From the NCBI GenBank assembly GCA_038821645.1, contig JAWBDT010000015.1, forward strand, positions 30,948-47,203: 16,256 nucleotides of DNA, given 5' to 3'. Below, in pieces: positions 6,802 through 16,256 of the stretch. Numbering within the stretch: position 1 is the first letter of the stretch; every line of letters begins with the position of its first letter. A program made the position numbers and the translations under genes. This DNA is from Ignisphaera sp. GTDB lineage: Archaea > Thermoproteota > Thermoprotei_A > Sulfolobales > Ignisphaeraceae. Below the pieces are notes generated by a model. The model saw only the letters and a program-made list of their open reading frames with translations, was not told the origin of the DNA and did no database searches.

Positions 6802-9261
6802 TTAATCATAGATTAAGTATATACCGGGTGCAAGCTCTATGTATGTCTCTAGAGATGGTTTTCCTGATTTAACGTCACGAACCTTATGTAGACTCTTTAT
6901 GTCTTTTGCAAATACTAGTAGCTCTTCTGGTACATAAACTATAGCATTTAGAGCATCAGAAAGATTCATACCATTCTGTTTTTTATATCTCCATATAGTG
7001 CTATTTAGCTCAATAATCTTGTTCAGAACCTCAGCGTATCTAGTGTCATAAGTTTCTATAGGCTGTGGAAATAGTTCAATATGTATTGATTTTGTTCCAT
7101 ATAGTTTTCTCCATATATAGTCGGTTACAAACGGCATTATGGGGGCAAGCATTAGAAGTATTTGTTTAAGTAATGTGTGTAGTGTATACCAGGCGCTTTT
7201 CTGTTCTTTTTCTGTATATTCACTAAAACCGTAGGCTCTTGCTTTAACCATCTCCAGATAGTGATCAGCTAGTATATTCCATACGAAATGATATAGATTG
7301 TGGATAGCGGTATAGAAATCAGTTTCTTCATAACTTTTCCTCGTCTCTTTTACAACTTCATTGAGTTTACTTAATATTGCTAGATCAAGTGGATAAAGCT
7401 CATCTACATGCTCGACTATCGGAAACATTGATATAAAGCGCGCAATATTGAGAAGTTTTACCACAAAGAGCATACCGGTTCTCATAAGCTGTTCAGAAAC
7501 TCTATAATCGCTTCCAAGTTTGGCTGCAGCAGCTGCCCAAAACCTTACAGCATCAGCACCGTATTTTTCTATAAATGGTTCTGTGTATAGTACGTTACCT
7601 TTACTTTTGTGCATAGCCTCTCCTTTTTCATCGAGCCCCATACCATTTATTCTAATGATATCAAAAGCAGGTTTCTTGTATAGAAGGTATAATCTGAGTA
7701 TGGTGTAGTATAGCCAAGTCCTAATGATTTCGTAACCCTGAGGCCTCAGAGTCTTAACCCAATTCTTTATATAGAGATCAAATATATATGGATATTTCGT
7801 TCTACCTGTGGCATAAAGAACCGATATAGAGGAATCAAACCATGTATCAAATACCTTAGTTTCACCAACAAGTTCTTCTCTAGGTGCTTTACATACTGGA
7901 CAGCTATCCCATGGCGGAGGATCTCTCCAAGGTCTATAGTATCTATCTGGCTCAGGAACAAGTATAGATCCACAAGCTCTACACTTCCATACCGGTACCT
8001 CTGTAGCGTAGTATCTTGTTCTAGATATAGGCCAGTCCATAGCTAACGAATCGATCCAGTTAATTAGTCTCTGTTTAAACTCCTTTGGAAAGAATTCTAT
8101 TCTCTCTACAATATTCTTTAACGCATCTCTGTATTCAAGTTGCTTTAAGAAGTATTCTCTTGTGTGTATAAATTCTATTGGTGTACTACACCGCCAACAA
8201 GTAGGTACATTTCTAGTAATAGTCTCTATCTTGACTAAGTATCCCTTCTCATTAAGTAGTTCTACAATTCTCTTTCTTGCTTCACGAATACTTAAACCAG
8301 CTATAGGTCCAGCCTCATGATTCATATAACCATTTTCATCAATTATTATCCTAGGTTCTAAGTTTAATTCACGTATAATCCTTACATCTGCTTGATCACC
8401 ATAGCTACAAATCATCATGATACCTGTACCAAATTTGGGATCTACATAGTGGTGCTCAACTATATCAATAGTACGATTGTATATCGGTACTACTGCTTTT
8501 TTGTTCTTTAAATTCTTGTACCTTTCATCATATGGGTTATAGGCTAGAACAAGACATGCACCAAGTAGCTCTGGTCTTGTTGTGGCTATGGTGACTATAC
8601 CTCCATCTTCTATTGGGAATGCTATGTAGTATAGTTCTGAGATCTCTTCTTTATATTCGACTTCTGCTTCAGCTAAAGCAGTCTTACATCTAGGGCACCA
8701 TATAACAGCTCTTTCAGCTTCGTATATCAGTCCCTCTCTCCACATTTTTATGAATGTTTCTTGCGTTATCTTTCGATATTCTTCACTATCGGTGCCTTCT
8801 TTCCAGTATTCAAAAATACATCCTAATCGTCTCCATATGTTTATAAACTCTTTCTCTACTTCATCTAAATGTTTTCTACAAAGATCAAGAAATTTCTCTC
8901 TACCTTCAACTGTTTTTGAAACTTCATGCGGATTGATCTTATATGTTCTTTCAACAAAGATTTCTACAGGTAGACCGTTTCTATCTCCATAGAATGGTAC
9001 TAAAACATTGTAGTTCAGCATCCTGTAGGCGCGAGCAACCATATCTATTTGTATGTAGCTTGCAATCTGACCTATATGTGGTTTACCTGAAATATATGGT
9101 GGAGGAGTATCTATTACAAGAGTAGGTTTGTTAGGATCATAGACAAATTTATAAAGACCTTCTTTTTCCCATAATGTAGATAATTGAAGTTCATAATCTT
9201 TGTTCCATCTAGTTTCCAATATCTTGGGAACAAAGCTTCTTTGTGAATAACTGTTCTCCAT
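6802..9261 (-). CDS. valS: Valine--tRNA ligase (archaeal type)
   Basis: IDTPPPYISGKPHIGQ, WCPRCKTALAEAEV, IATTRPELL, VDPKFGTGIMMICSYGD, DWPISR, FDTWFDSS, AMHKSKGN and YGADAVRFW. Start ATG 9261 has a GGTG SD; the alternative is GTG 9294. Confidence 0.96.
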   Translation of the reverse strand: MENSYSQRSFVPKILETRWNKDYELQLSTLWEKEGLYKFVYDPNKPTLVIDTPPPYISGKPHIGQIASYIQIDMVARAYRMLNYNVLVPFYGDRNGLPVEIFVERTYKINPHEVSKTVEGREKFLDLCRKHLDEVEKEFINIWRRLGCIFEYWKEGTDSEEYRKITQETFIKMWREGLIYEAERAVIWCPRCKTALAEAEVEYKEEISELYYIAFPIEDGGIVTIATTRPELLGACLVLAYNPYDERYKNLKNKKAVVPIYNRTIDIVEHHYVDPKFGTGIMMICSYGDQADVRIIRELNLEPRIIIDENGYMNHEAGPIAGLSIREARKRIVELLNEKGYLVKIETITRNVPTCWRCSTPIEFIHTREYFLKQLEYRDALKNIVERIEFFPKEFKQRLINWIDSLAMDWPISRTRYYATEVPVWKCRACGSILVPEPDRYYRPWRDPPPWDSCPVCKAPREELVGETKVFDTWFDSSISVLYATGRTKYPYIFDLYIKNWVKTLRPQGYEIIRTWLYYTILRLYLLYKKPAFDIIRINGMGLDEKGEAMHKSKGNVLYTEPFIEKYGADAVRFWAAAAAKLGSDYRVSEQLMRTGMLFVVKLLNIARFISMFPIVEHVDELYPLDLAILSKLNEVVKETRKSYEETDFYTAIHNLYHFVWNILADHYLEMVKARAYGFSEYTEKEQKSAWYTLHTLLKQILLMLAPIMPFVTDYIWRKLYGTKSIHIELFPQPIETYDTRYAEVLNKIIELNSTIWRYKKQNGMNLSDALNAIVYVPEELLVFAKDIKSLHKVRDVKSGKPSLETYIELAPGIYLIYD

Positions 9262-9478
9262 ACTTATGTACACCACTATTAAGATAGTTACCACTATATA
9301 TTAGGCCCTAAATGTTTTGAGTTTTAGAGTCTGGTGAAGTACTGATATAAGTTCTTATGTAAAGGATAAAATCTTTTATCTAGCTTAATAAAGAAAAACT
9401 CTTTGAGAGCTATTTCGGTTTGATGTGCTATAAACTTATTAATTTTTGATGATAGTGTGGTGATATAGAGGGATTTAT

Positions 9479-10924
9479 ATGGTTCCACCCTTAAAGAAGA
9501 TAGACGATGTTATTTGGATGATACCGAAAGAGTACAAGAAGTGTATGCATGTACCTGCTATAATATATGCTGATGAATTTCTACTTAATAAAATGAAGGA
9601 AGATGCAACACTAGACCAGGCCGCGAATGTTTCTTGTCTGCCTGGTATAGTAGTAGCAAGCTATACTCTTCCAGATGGACATCAAGGCTATGGTTTCCCT
9701 ATAGGTGGTGTAGCGGGATTCATGTTAGATGAAGGTGTTGTTAGTCCTGGAGGTGTTGGTTATGACATTAACTGTGGTGTTCGCGTACTTAGGACTAATC
9801 TATCCATGAAGGATGTTAAGCCCAAAATTAAGGATATTGTTGAGTATCTATTTAGAAATATTCCAAGTGGTGTTGGTGCAACAGGTAAGCTTAGACTAAC
9901 AATGCTGCAATTGGATGAAGTTCTGGAAGAAGGCGCTCAATGGGCCTATAGACAGGGGTATGGTACGGAGAGAGATATAGAACATACAGAGTCTAGAGGT
10001 AGACTCGACTGGGCTGATGCAGATAAGGTTAGTAGAAAGGCTAAAGAGAGAGGCGCTCCACAGCTGGGGACTCTAGGTAGTGGTAACCACTTCTTGGAGG
10101 TACAGATTGTTGATAAGATCTATCTGCCAGAGATAGCTAAGAAGATAGGAATATTCGAAGAAGGGCAGGTAACACTAATGGTACATACAGGCTCTAGAGG
10201 ACTTGGACATCAAGTTGCAAGTGACTACTTAATGGTTATGGAGAGAGCCATGAGGAAATATGGGATAAATCCTCCAGACAGAGAACTTGCAGCAGTACCC
10301 TTCAATAGTCCTGAAGGTCAAGACTATTTTGCAGCTATGGCAGCAGCAGCAAATTATGCTTGGGCTAATAGACAGATAATAACTCATTGGGTTAGAGAAT
10401 CATTTGCACGTGCTGTAGGTATAGAGGCTGAGAAGTTAGGCATAGAATTGATATATGATGTTGCACACAACATAGCTAAAGTAGAAGAACACGAAGTAGA
10501 GGGAAAAAAGGTGAAGCTGGTTGTACATAGAAAAGGAGCAACACGAGCTTTTCCACCAGGACATCCAGAGATTCCACTAGACCATAGAGAATTTGGTCAA
10601 ATAGTTCTCATACCAGGGAGCATGGGTACGGCAAGCTACATAACTATAGCAGGATCGAGAGCTAAGGAGACTTGGTGGTCTGCGCCTCATGGAGCTGGTA
10701 GATGGATGAGTAGAGCAGCAGCAACAAGAGCTGTATCACCAAAAGAGGTTATAGATATGCTAGAAAGGAAGGGAGTTATGGTGAGAGCAGCAACAATGCG
10801 AGAACTTGCTGAAGAAACTCCAGATGCGTATAAGAATGTAGATAAGGTTATCGATGTAGCGACAAGAGCGGGAATTGTTAGACCTATTGCTAGATTGATA
10901 CCACTAGCTGTGATAAAAGGGTGA
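9479..10924 (+). CDS. rtcB: RtcB tRNA-splicing ligase (no intein)
   Basis: PDGHQGYGFPIGGV, PGGVGYDINCGVR, GTLGSGNHFLE, HTGSRGLGHQ, YDVAHN, HRKGATRAF, PGSMG and HGAGR in a 481-aa ORF. Confidence 0.98.
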   Translation: MVPPLKKIDDVIWMIPKEYKKCMHVPAIIYADEFLLNKMKEDATLDQAANVSCLPGIVVASYTLPDGHQGYGFPIGGVAGFMLDEGVVSPGGVGYDINCGVRVLRTNLSMKDVKPKIKDIVEYLFRNIPSGVGATGKLRLTMLQLDEVLEEGAQWAYRQGYGTERDIEHTESRGRLDWADADKVSRKAKERGAPQLGTLGSGNHFLEVQIVDKIYLPEIAKKIGIFEEGQVTLMVHTGSRGLGHQVASDYLMVMERAMRKYGINPPDRELAAVPFNSPEGQDYFAAMAAAANYAWANRQIITHWVRESFARAVGIEAEKLGIELIYDVAHNIAKVEEHEVEGKKVKLVVHRKGATRAFPPGHPEIPLDHREFGQIVLIPGSMGTASYITIAGSRAKETWWSAPHGAGRWMSRAAATRAVSPKEVIDMLERKGVMVRAATMRELAEETPDAYKNVDKVIDVATRAGIVRPIARLIPLAVIKG

Positions 10925-11001
10925 TAAATGATAGAGATTAGAATAATCAAAAAATTGATTGATTGTGTGATACAAGGTTCGAATAAATAGGGCTAAAAAC
11001 A

Positions 11002-11070
11002 TTACTTCTTCTTTTGTTCTTCTTTCTTTTCAGCTTTCTTTTCTTCTTTCTTTTCAGGCTTCTTCGACAT
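11002..11070 (-). CDS. Putative 22-aa Lys/Glu-rich microprotein MSKKPEKKEEKKAEKKEEQKKK
   Basis: ATG is preceded by a GGTG SD-like motif. The purine-rich tract keeps one frame with mixed AAG/AAA codons, and the TAA is followed by a T-run. Confidence 0.55.
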   Translation of the reverse strand: MSKKPEKKEEKKAEKKEEQKKK

Positions 11071-11198
11071 GAGTTATGCACCGATTTCTAACAAGTTACT
11101 CCGTCTTAAGCCCTCTTGTTCAATAAGCTATAACTACGGCAAGATATTTGTTACACATCTTGTTGTAGACTAATATAAATGTACAGATCTATATTGCT

Positions 11199-11909
11199 CT
11201 ATATTGTGGTTACATAGAATACCGAGGACGTTATACCTGTTATCGCAAAATCTAGACAATCAGTACTGATGTATACTGTAGCTATTCCTTGTACCTTCAT
11301 GTTGCTAGACTTTAGCAGTAGCGATATTGTTTTAAGCTTCTCTAAATCATCTATAAGTATATCCACTAGAAAAATCTCCACATCTTCATCGATACACATT
11401 TTTGGAAGTAGAAAGAATTCAAGTTCATTATTTCGTGACGAGTAGTACCATGCAACCTTAATTTTAGTATCTATAATTTTTCTACTGAATGGCGGTATAC
11501 AGAGTTTTGCACCTAATTCCCAAGCCAAAATCGATGCAAAAGGTATGGCGTATTCTGAGAGAGGAATTATTAAGCCTATGTCTATGTTTTCTAGCATATC
11601 CTCTAGCTTTAATGAGTATATAGAGAGGAAACCTATATCAGAGGCTATACCGTAGATATTGTCTTTATACTTATCAACTATATCTGATATAGTTCTATCA
11701 ATAATCTTCATATTATTGAGTTTAGTGATGATATCCATAGCTATTTCGTCACTAGGTATCGCTATCATATTAACATATTTCCAGATATTCTGATAAGGTA
11801 TATCAAGTAACGTCTCTAGATGTCGTAAACTATAGAGGTAGTTTAGAGCTTTAAGCATCTTCATTAGCTTTATCTTTTCGTTACGCTTCAAATGTCTAGA
11901 GTTTACCAC
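11199..11909 (-). CDS. N-terminal HTH + phosphoribosyltransferase-like domain protein (probable regulator)
   Basis: YSLRHLETLLDIPYQNIWKYVNMIAIPS is HTH-like. AIPFASILAWELG and IFLVDILID match PRTase-fold elements with a degenerate PRPP loop. GAGG SD precedes the GTG start. Confidence 0.7.
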   Translation of the reverse strand: MVNSRHLKRNEKIKLMKMLKALNYLYSLRHLETLLDIPYQNIWKYVNMIAIPSDEIAMDIITKLNNMKIIDRTISDIVDKYKDNIYGIASDIGFLSIYSLKLEDMLENIDIGLIIPLSEYAIPFASILAWELGAKLCIPPFSRKIIDTKIKVAWYYSSRNNELEFFLLPKMCIDEDVEIFLVDILIDDLEKLKTISLLLKSSNMKVQGIATVYISTDCLDFAITGITSSVFYVTTI

Positions 11910-12052
11910 AGATCCTCACTAATGTATCTATAGAAACATGATAACGATCAAATTTTTAAGTTGATAGACTCTATACATAATTATCTAGACCAAGGAGAGG
12001 GAGTACTGTTCATTGATAACTAGTAAATTATATCGGTGTTCTATCTAGCTAC

Positions 12053-13255
12053 TTAGTCTTTATTTAGAGTAGCTCTTTCTATTTTCCTCCAATAGTGATA
12101 CAAATTCTCAAGTGCCTTTCTTTTGAGTTTACCATCAAGTTTAGAACTATTTATAGCATCTTCTAGAAATTGTATAGTGTTCTTCATTATATCGAACTTT
12201 ACTGGAAAAGGTATACCATCTTTACCACCATGTGCAAAAGAGTAAGCAAAAGGATCTATTGCATGAGTCACAGGATCTCTGAAAGAGGGGACCTCGCCGT
12301 ATATTAGATCAGCTACAAGAACTAGAGCTCGTATGAACTCAGGACCTACATGGAGAAGAAGAGAATCAAAGTTTTCTGTAAATGTTTTAACAACATGGTT
12401 TAGAACATCTTCAATTCTTTTTATATTAGTAATAGGTCTGTATAGTATTGGATTAACATTTTTTAAATAATCCACCTTCTTCGATTCTCCGCTAAACTCT
12501 ATATCTGTAGATCTATTGCTGGTCCATTGTTCAAGAGATGCATCCTTTCTAAGTAATCGATTAACAGTCGCTATATGGTTCAATATCTTTTTAGGATTCT
12601 CATTAAGGAGATCTAGAATAAGCTTTTTTGTTGAATACGATTCTCTATCTATAAGATTAATGACATTCGATTTTATGTTGCATGCAATACCGCTATGGGG
12701 ATCTATGTCAGTTGATATGTTGTTCGTATGTATATGGTATCTTCTAGCCATTCTTTTAGCAACATTCATACCTTGTTGTATAACTGTCCAAGCACCTTCT
12801 CTAGATAGGACAATGCTATGTATATATAGTGTGTATCCATCCTGTAGTGCAACACTATCTATCTTGGCGCTAAGTTTACTAACATACATTAGATAATCTA
12901 CATCTAGATCAAATCTATCTAGATACTCGATTTCTTTAACACAATTTCTGGCATCTACACCTTTACCTCCAACTACAGCTAGACCTATATCACCAAATGT
13001 ATCTATATTTGCAAAACTTTTCAGAACATATAAAACAACTGTTGTAGATCCACTACTATCCCAATCCATACCTATGACGTTATTAAATGCTTGAAACCAT
13101 AATGGGTCGGAAAGTCTCTTAACAAGTTCTATAGGTCCAAAAACATCAACTATATACATAGCTATAGCTCTTCCCAATCTCTTCATGAGCTCTAGCAGAT
13201 ATGGAGGAACATGTCCATCATGGAGAGATAGTTCTGCAATACCATGTATATACAT
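12053..13255 (-). CDS. DUF763 family protein
   Basis: LSLHDGHVPPYL, RLSDPLWFQAF, GMDWDSSGSTT, AKIDSVALQDGY, WTVIQQGMN, ARRYH and YSFAHGGKDGIPFPV. Confidence 0.9.
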   Translation of the reverse strand: MYIHGIAELSLHDGHVPPYLLELMKRLGRAIAMYIVDVFGPIELVKRLSDPLWFQAFNNVIGMDWDSSGSTTVVLYVLKSFANIDTFGDIGLAVVGGKGVDARNCVKEIEYLDRFDLDVDYLMYVSKLSAKIDSVALQDGYTLYIHSIVLSREGAWTVIQQGMNVAKRMARRYHIHTNNISTDIDPHSGIACNIKSNVINLIDRESYSTKKLILDLLNENPKKILNHIATVNRLLRKDASLEQWTSNRSTDIEFSGESKKVDYLKNVNPILYRPITNIKRIEDVLNHVVKTFTENFDSLLLHVGPEFIRALVLVADLIYGEVPSFRDPVTHAIDPFAYSFAHGGKDGIPFPVKFDIMKNTIQFLEDAINSSKLDGKLKRKALENLYHYWRKIERATLNKD

Positions 13256-13446
13256 ATAATATACACGCTATACAGTACTATCTAGTAAACATGATGTTTA
13301 CAAGCGTTATAATCACTGAGGCCTGTGAAAGTATTTGAATTATTAGAGAAATCTTAGAGTAGTTGTGCTGTTGTTAGTGGTTGGAAGTCGTTTCTGCATA
13401 GATGTATATTAAGCTCAATAGTGTTTCGGTATTATGGGTAGACTAT

Positions 13447-15000
13447 ATGGCTTCAGATAGATATGCTATAAGTGTAACACCAGATCTAGCTCTAGATGTA
13501 GGATACACATATGCTGGTGGTTTAGGTGTTTTAGAAGGAGATAAGTTCTATGCTGCTGCAAGATTAAACGTAAACTATATTGTGATGACCTTCTTCTATA
13601 GACATGGTTATGTAGACTACGAATTCGATTCTGATTGTACACCCAAGCCAAAAGCTCAAGAACAACCAGAGGAATTCTTGAAGAATCTATCTACTGAAGA
13701 TAGATTTAGTGTCAAGGTAGCGGGACTAGATGTAAGTATTGAAGCTCTTGTTTACAGGTATGGTTCTGCTAAAGCGATATTCTTCAACGTTCTATCGCCT
13801 GAGGAGATAGCAAAAGCTACGGATAGAATATATATCGAGAATGGTAATGAAGAAAGAGTATATAAATATATTCTGCTTTCTAAAGCTGTTGCTGAATACA
13901 TTAAGAGGAATATAGAATTAGAAGATATAGCGTACATAGATCTTCAAGAAGCGTATACAGCATTACTACCCCTCCAACTAAAGATTCCAGGAAAATATAG
14001 ATTAGTAATTCATACAGCAGGTATATGGGGACATCCATCTTTTCCAAGATACATTCTCGAGAGAGAATATGGATACAAATTCATAGAGCCAGATATACTG
14101 TTAACAGAAATAGGGTTAGCTGCTTCTCAACAAGCATTTGCTGTTTCAGCTAAACACTACGATGTTCTTTTGAAGATATTTCCACACTTTAGTGAAAAAA
14201 TAAGCTATGTGACTAATGGTGTTAATATTGAGCGGTGGATGAGGACAGAGATAAGAGAAGCGTATCAATCCCTAAATCTCTCAATAGATAGATTAGTAAA
14301 ACTCAAGGAAAAAATATGCTGTGAACTTGAGACTTTTCTACAAAGATATAAAAAGGATGTATCTACAGATGGAAAATTCATAGTTATATGGGCTAGAAGA
14401 ATTACGGAATACAAAAGGCCATGGATGGCTATAAGACTAGCTAAAGAGTTGAAAGATATGCCGATACTCTTTATATTTGGAGGTAAAGCTCATCCTAAAG
14501 ATCAATCAGGATTAGAGTATATGAAGATTTTTAGGAAGATGCATAATGAGATGTCTAATGTTGTTTTTATTCATGATTATGATGTTGCTAAAGCAAAAAT
14601 CCTTTTATCAGCATGTCATGTGCTTCTCTTTACACCATTCTCAGGTTTAGAGTCGTGTGGAACAAGTTATATGAAGGCGGCATTAAATGCTGTACCATCT
14701 ATAGCTTCTAGAGATGGTGGTGTACTTGAATTTATTGTAGATAATGTTAATGGATGGCTATTTGGTGAAGATATAAGAGAACCAATAGAAATTGGCAGTC
14801 AGAAAGCTATGGAGATTAACGAAAGAGAGTATACAGAACTTAAAGAAAAACTGATAAAGGTATACAAAATGTTTAAAGAAGAACCTGAGAGATACTATGG
14901 AATAGCACTTTCAGCTCTAAGATCCTTTGTGCCTAGAGCAAGTATGTATAGAGTACTAAAGGAATACTATCCAGATCTAGTAAAAATACCAATAGTCTAG
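13447..15000 (+). CDS. glgP: Alpha-glucan (glycogen/maltodextrin) phosphorylase, short form, GT35
   Basis: YAGGLGVLEGD, VSAKH, VTNGV, WARRITEYKRP, GGKAHPKD and the PLP-lysine motif ESCGTSYMKAALN (14650-14676). ATG 13447 is the likely start; the ORF extends to 13402. Confidence 0.9.
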   Translation: MASDRYAISVTPDLALDVGYTYAGGLGVLEGDKFYAAARLNVNYIVMTFFYRHGYVDYEFDSDCTPKPKAQEQPEEFLKNLSTEDRFSVKVAGLDVSIEALVYRYGSAKAIFFNVLSPEEIAKATDRIYIENGNEERVYKYILLSKAVAEYIKRNIELEDIAYIDLQEAYTALLPLQLKIPGKYRLVIHTAGIWGHPSFPRYILEREYGYKFIEPDILLTEIGLAASQQAFAVSAKHYDVLLKIFPHFSEKISYVTNGVNIERWMRTEIREAYQSLNLSIDRLVKLKEKICCELETFLQRYKKDVSTDGKFIVIWARRITEYKRPWMAIRLAKELKDMPILFIFGGKAHPKDQSGLEYMKIFRKMHNEMSNVVFIHDYDVAKAKILLSACHVLLFTPFSGLESCGTSYMKAALNAVPSIASRDGGVLEFIVDNVNGWLFGEDIREPIEIGSQKAMEINEREYTELKEKLIKVYKMFKEEPERYYGIALSALRSFVPRASMYRVLKEYYPDLVKIPIV

Positions 15001-15629
15001 CTATATCGTACTCCTTCTAAAACAGTAAACAAAACTATGAATACACTAAACCAAGACACCAAACATCAAGCACAGAATTCTGGCTTTTCAACCATAGGCT
15101 TGGAAACCTCGACCAAATTTACATCAACGTATACAGTCTATGTATGTAGCAGTAGCTAAATGAATTCGCTTCGAATAAACCTTGCTACAAACAATATTAA
15201 TCAACGTGTATATAACATTATATCTCACGAACCTTCTAAAACATTTTCAGCAGATAGAACCTCTTCTTAGCATAACTCCTATTGTTATCTCTGTCAATAC
15301 TACTATGAGGCTAATGTTTTCGAGAACCTTAGAGTATCTCTAGATATTTATATCTTTCATAAGGTTTCAACATCTATTCAAGCCTAGGTTATTCCTAACA
15401 CTAAATGATGTATGACAAATTTTGAGACAAGTTTATACTGAATTCTATCATTAGTTTAGATGCTAGCTCTATAGTTTATAACTTATTGTCTAGATTCTCT
15501 ATGTGCTTAGAGTCTGCTTGACCGTAGATGTGTAGACATTTTGTTGCTATTTAAAACTGTTCCAAAAATATAAGGTCTGTTTATTGTAGTGCATAAGTGA
15601 TTGCATGGAGTAGTGTGGTTGAAGATGAA

Positions 15630-16256
15630 ATGGTCTAGTTCTACATCAAGTTGATTGTAATGTTGCTATTGATTATTGCTCTCTCGATAACCGCATCTGT
15701 TCCAATCTCTAAGAATATATTGACAAATGTGCCAGATGCATTAAGAAATGCTGATAGTAGTAGCATAACGTCAAGTAGATTGGTGGATAGCATGTATACC
15801 AGTTATAAACTTTTATGTATTCCTTCCTGTTTCCAGAATTCGTGAACTGATTGACGTTAGAGTTAGTAGAATTTTGTTGTTCATTGTTACGATGATTCTA
15901 TCATAGCTCCTGTTAGCATTATTCCAAGAAGATTCACACAAACTCATATGGTGACTACTAACGAGAATGTTATCATTTCAGACATAGACGATTGTGTACT
16001 ATCTGAAGAAGATGTTCTAGCGATACCTCTACTTTTTGGTTGTGGATCAAATTTGTGGGTAAAAGATGTATGGATACGATTTACTGCTATAATTCATCAA
16101 CTATCTGTCTCAGTATTTAGTGAATGTTTTGGGTTGATACCTATAGATATATAAGGTTCTTTTGCATCATTATTTTCTAGGTGGGTTATGCATATTGTTA
16201 AATCTCTTCAAGATTATCTTTCAGTATTGAACAGATTTAGGAGAATAGTAGTTATT
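15630..16256 (+). pseudogene. Probable disrupted gene for an exported protein
   Basis: ATG GTC TAG then FYIKLIVMLLLIIALSITA resembles a signal peptide with a stop at codon 3. ORF fragments 15651-15845, 15948-16154 and the open tail to 16256 share one frame, separated by stops. Confidence 0.4.

Noticed and set aside
10928-10990. 20-aa ORF MIEIRIIKKLIDCVIQGSNK after rtcB
   Set aside because: The apparent SD (GGTGA) is just the rtcB stop context, and there is no other support.
13291-13335. ATGATGT...CTGA resembling a C/D sRNA, and AATCAC...GTGAAA resembling the Thermococcales glycolytic motif
   Set aside because: There is no convincing C'/D pair, and the spacer is 8 nt rather than the 5 nt of TATCAC-N5-GTGATA.
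15001-15360. Minus-strand ORF fragments
   Set aside because: They are short and stop-interrupted, with no recognisable similarity.
1-16256. CRISPR array, IS element, intein in RtcB, tRNA intron
   Set aside because: No regularly spaced repeats or transposase were seen. RtcB has normal length with contiguous motifs, and the tRNA folds without an insertion.

Overview
AT-rich archaeal chromosomal DNA. Gene content, GC-rich RNA stems and TATA/BRE promoters suggest a hyperthermophilic crenarchaeote, probably Desulfurococcales-like (inference). Protein genes, in order: a 5'-truncated coiled-coil/PD-(D/E)XK-like protein, a SPOUT RNA methyltransferase, a biotin carboxyl carrier divergent from an acyl-CoA carboxyltransferase, a JAB/JAMM-like protein, an HD hydrolase, a hypothetical protein, valS, rtcB, a 22-aa Lys/Glu micro-ORF, an HTH-PRTase, DUF763, a short glucan phosphorylase and a probable pseudogene. 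The main signal missing from the ORF track is an RNA-modification cluster at about 580-2320: tRNA-Arg(UCG), two C/D-box sRNAs and an H/ACA sRNA with a K-turn flank the SPOUT gene. Each guide RNA has a candidate TATA box, and the SPOUT gene and one C/D RNA share a palindromic bidirectional promoter. All family assignments come from motif recognition by eye; no searches were run.
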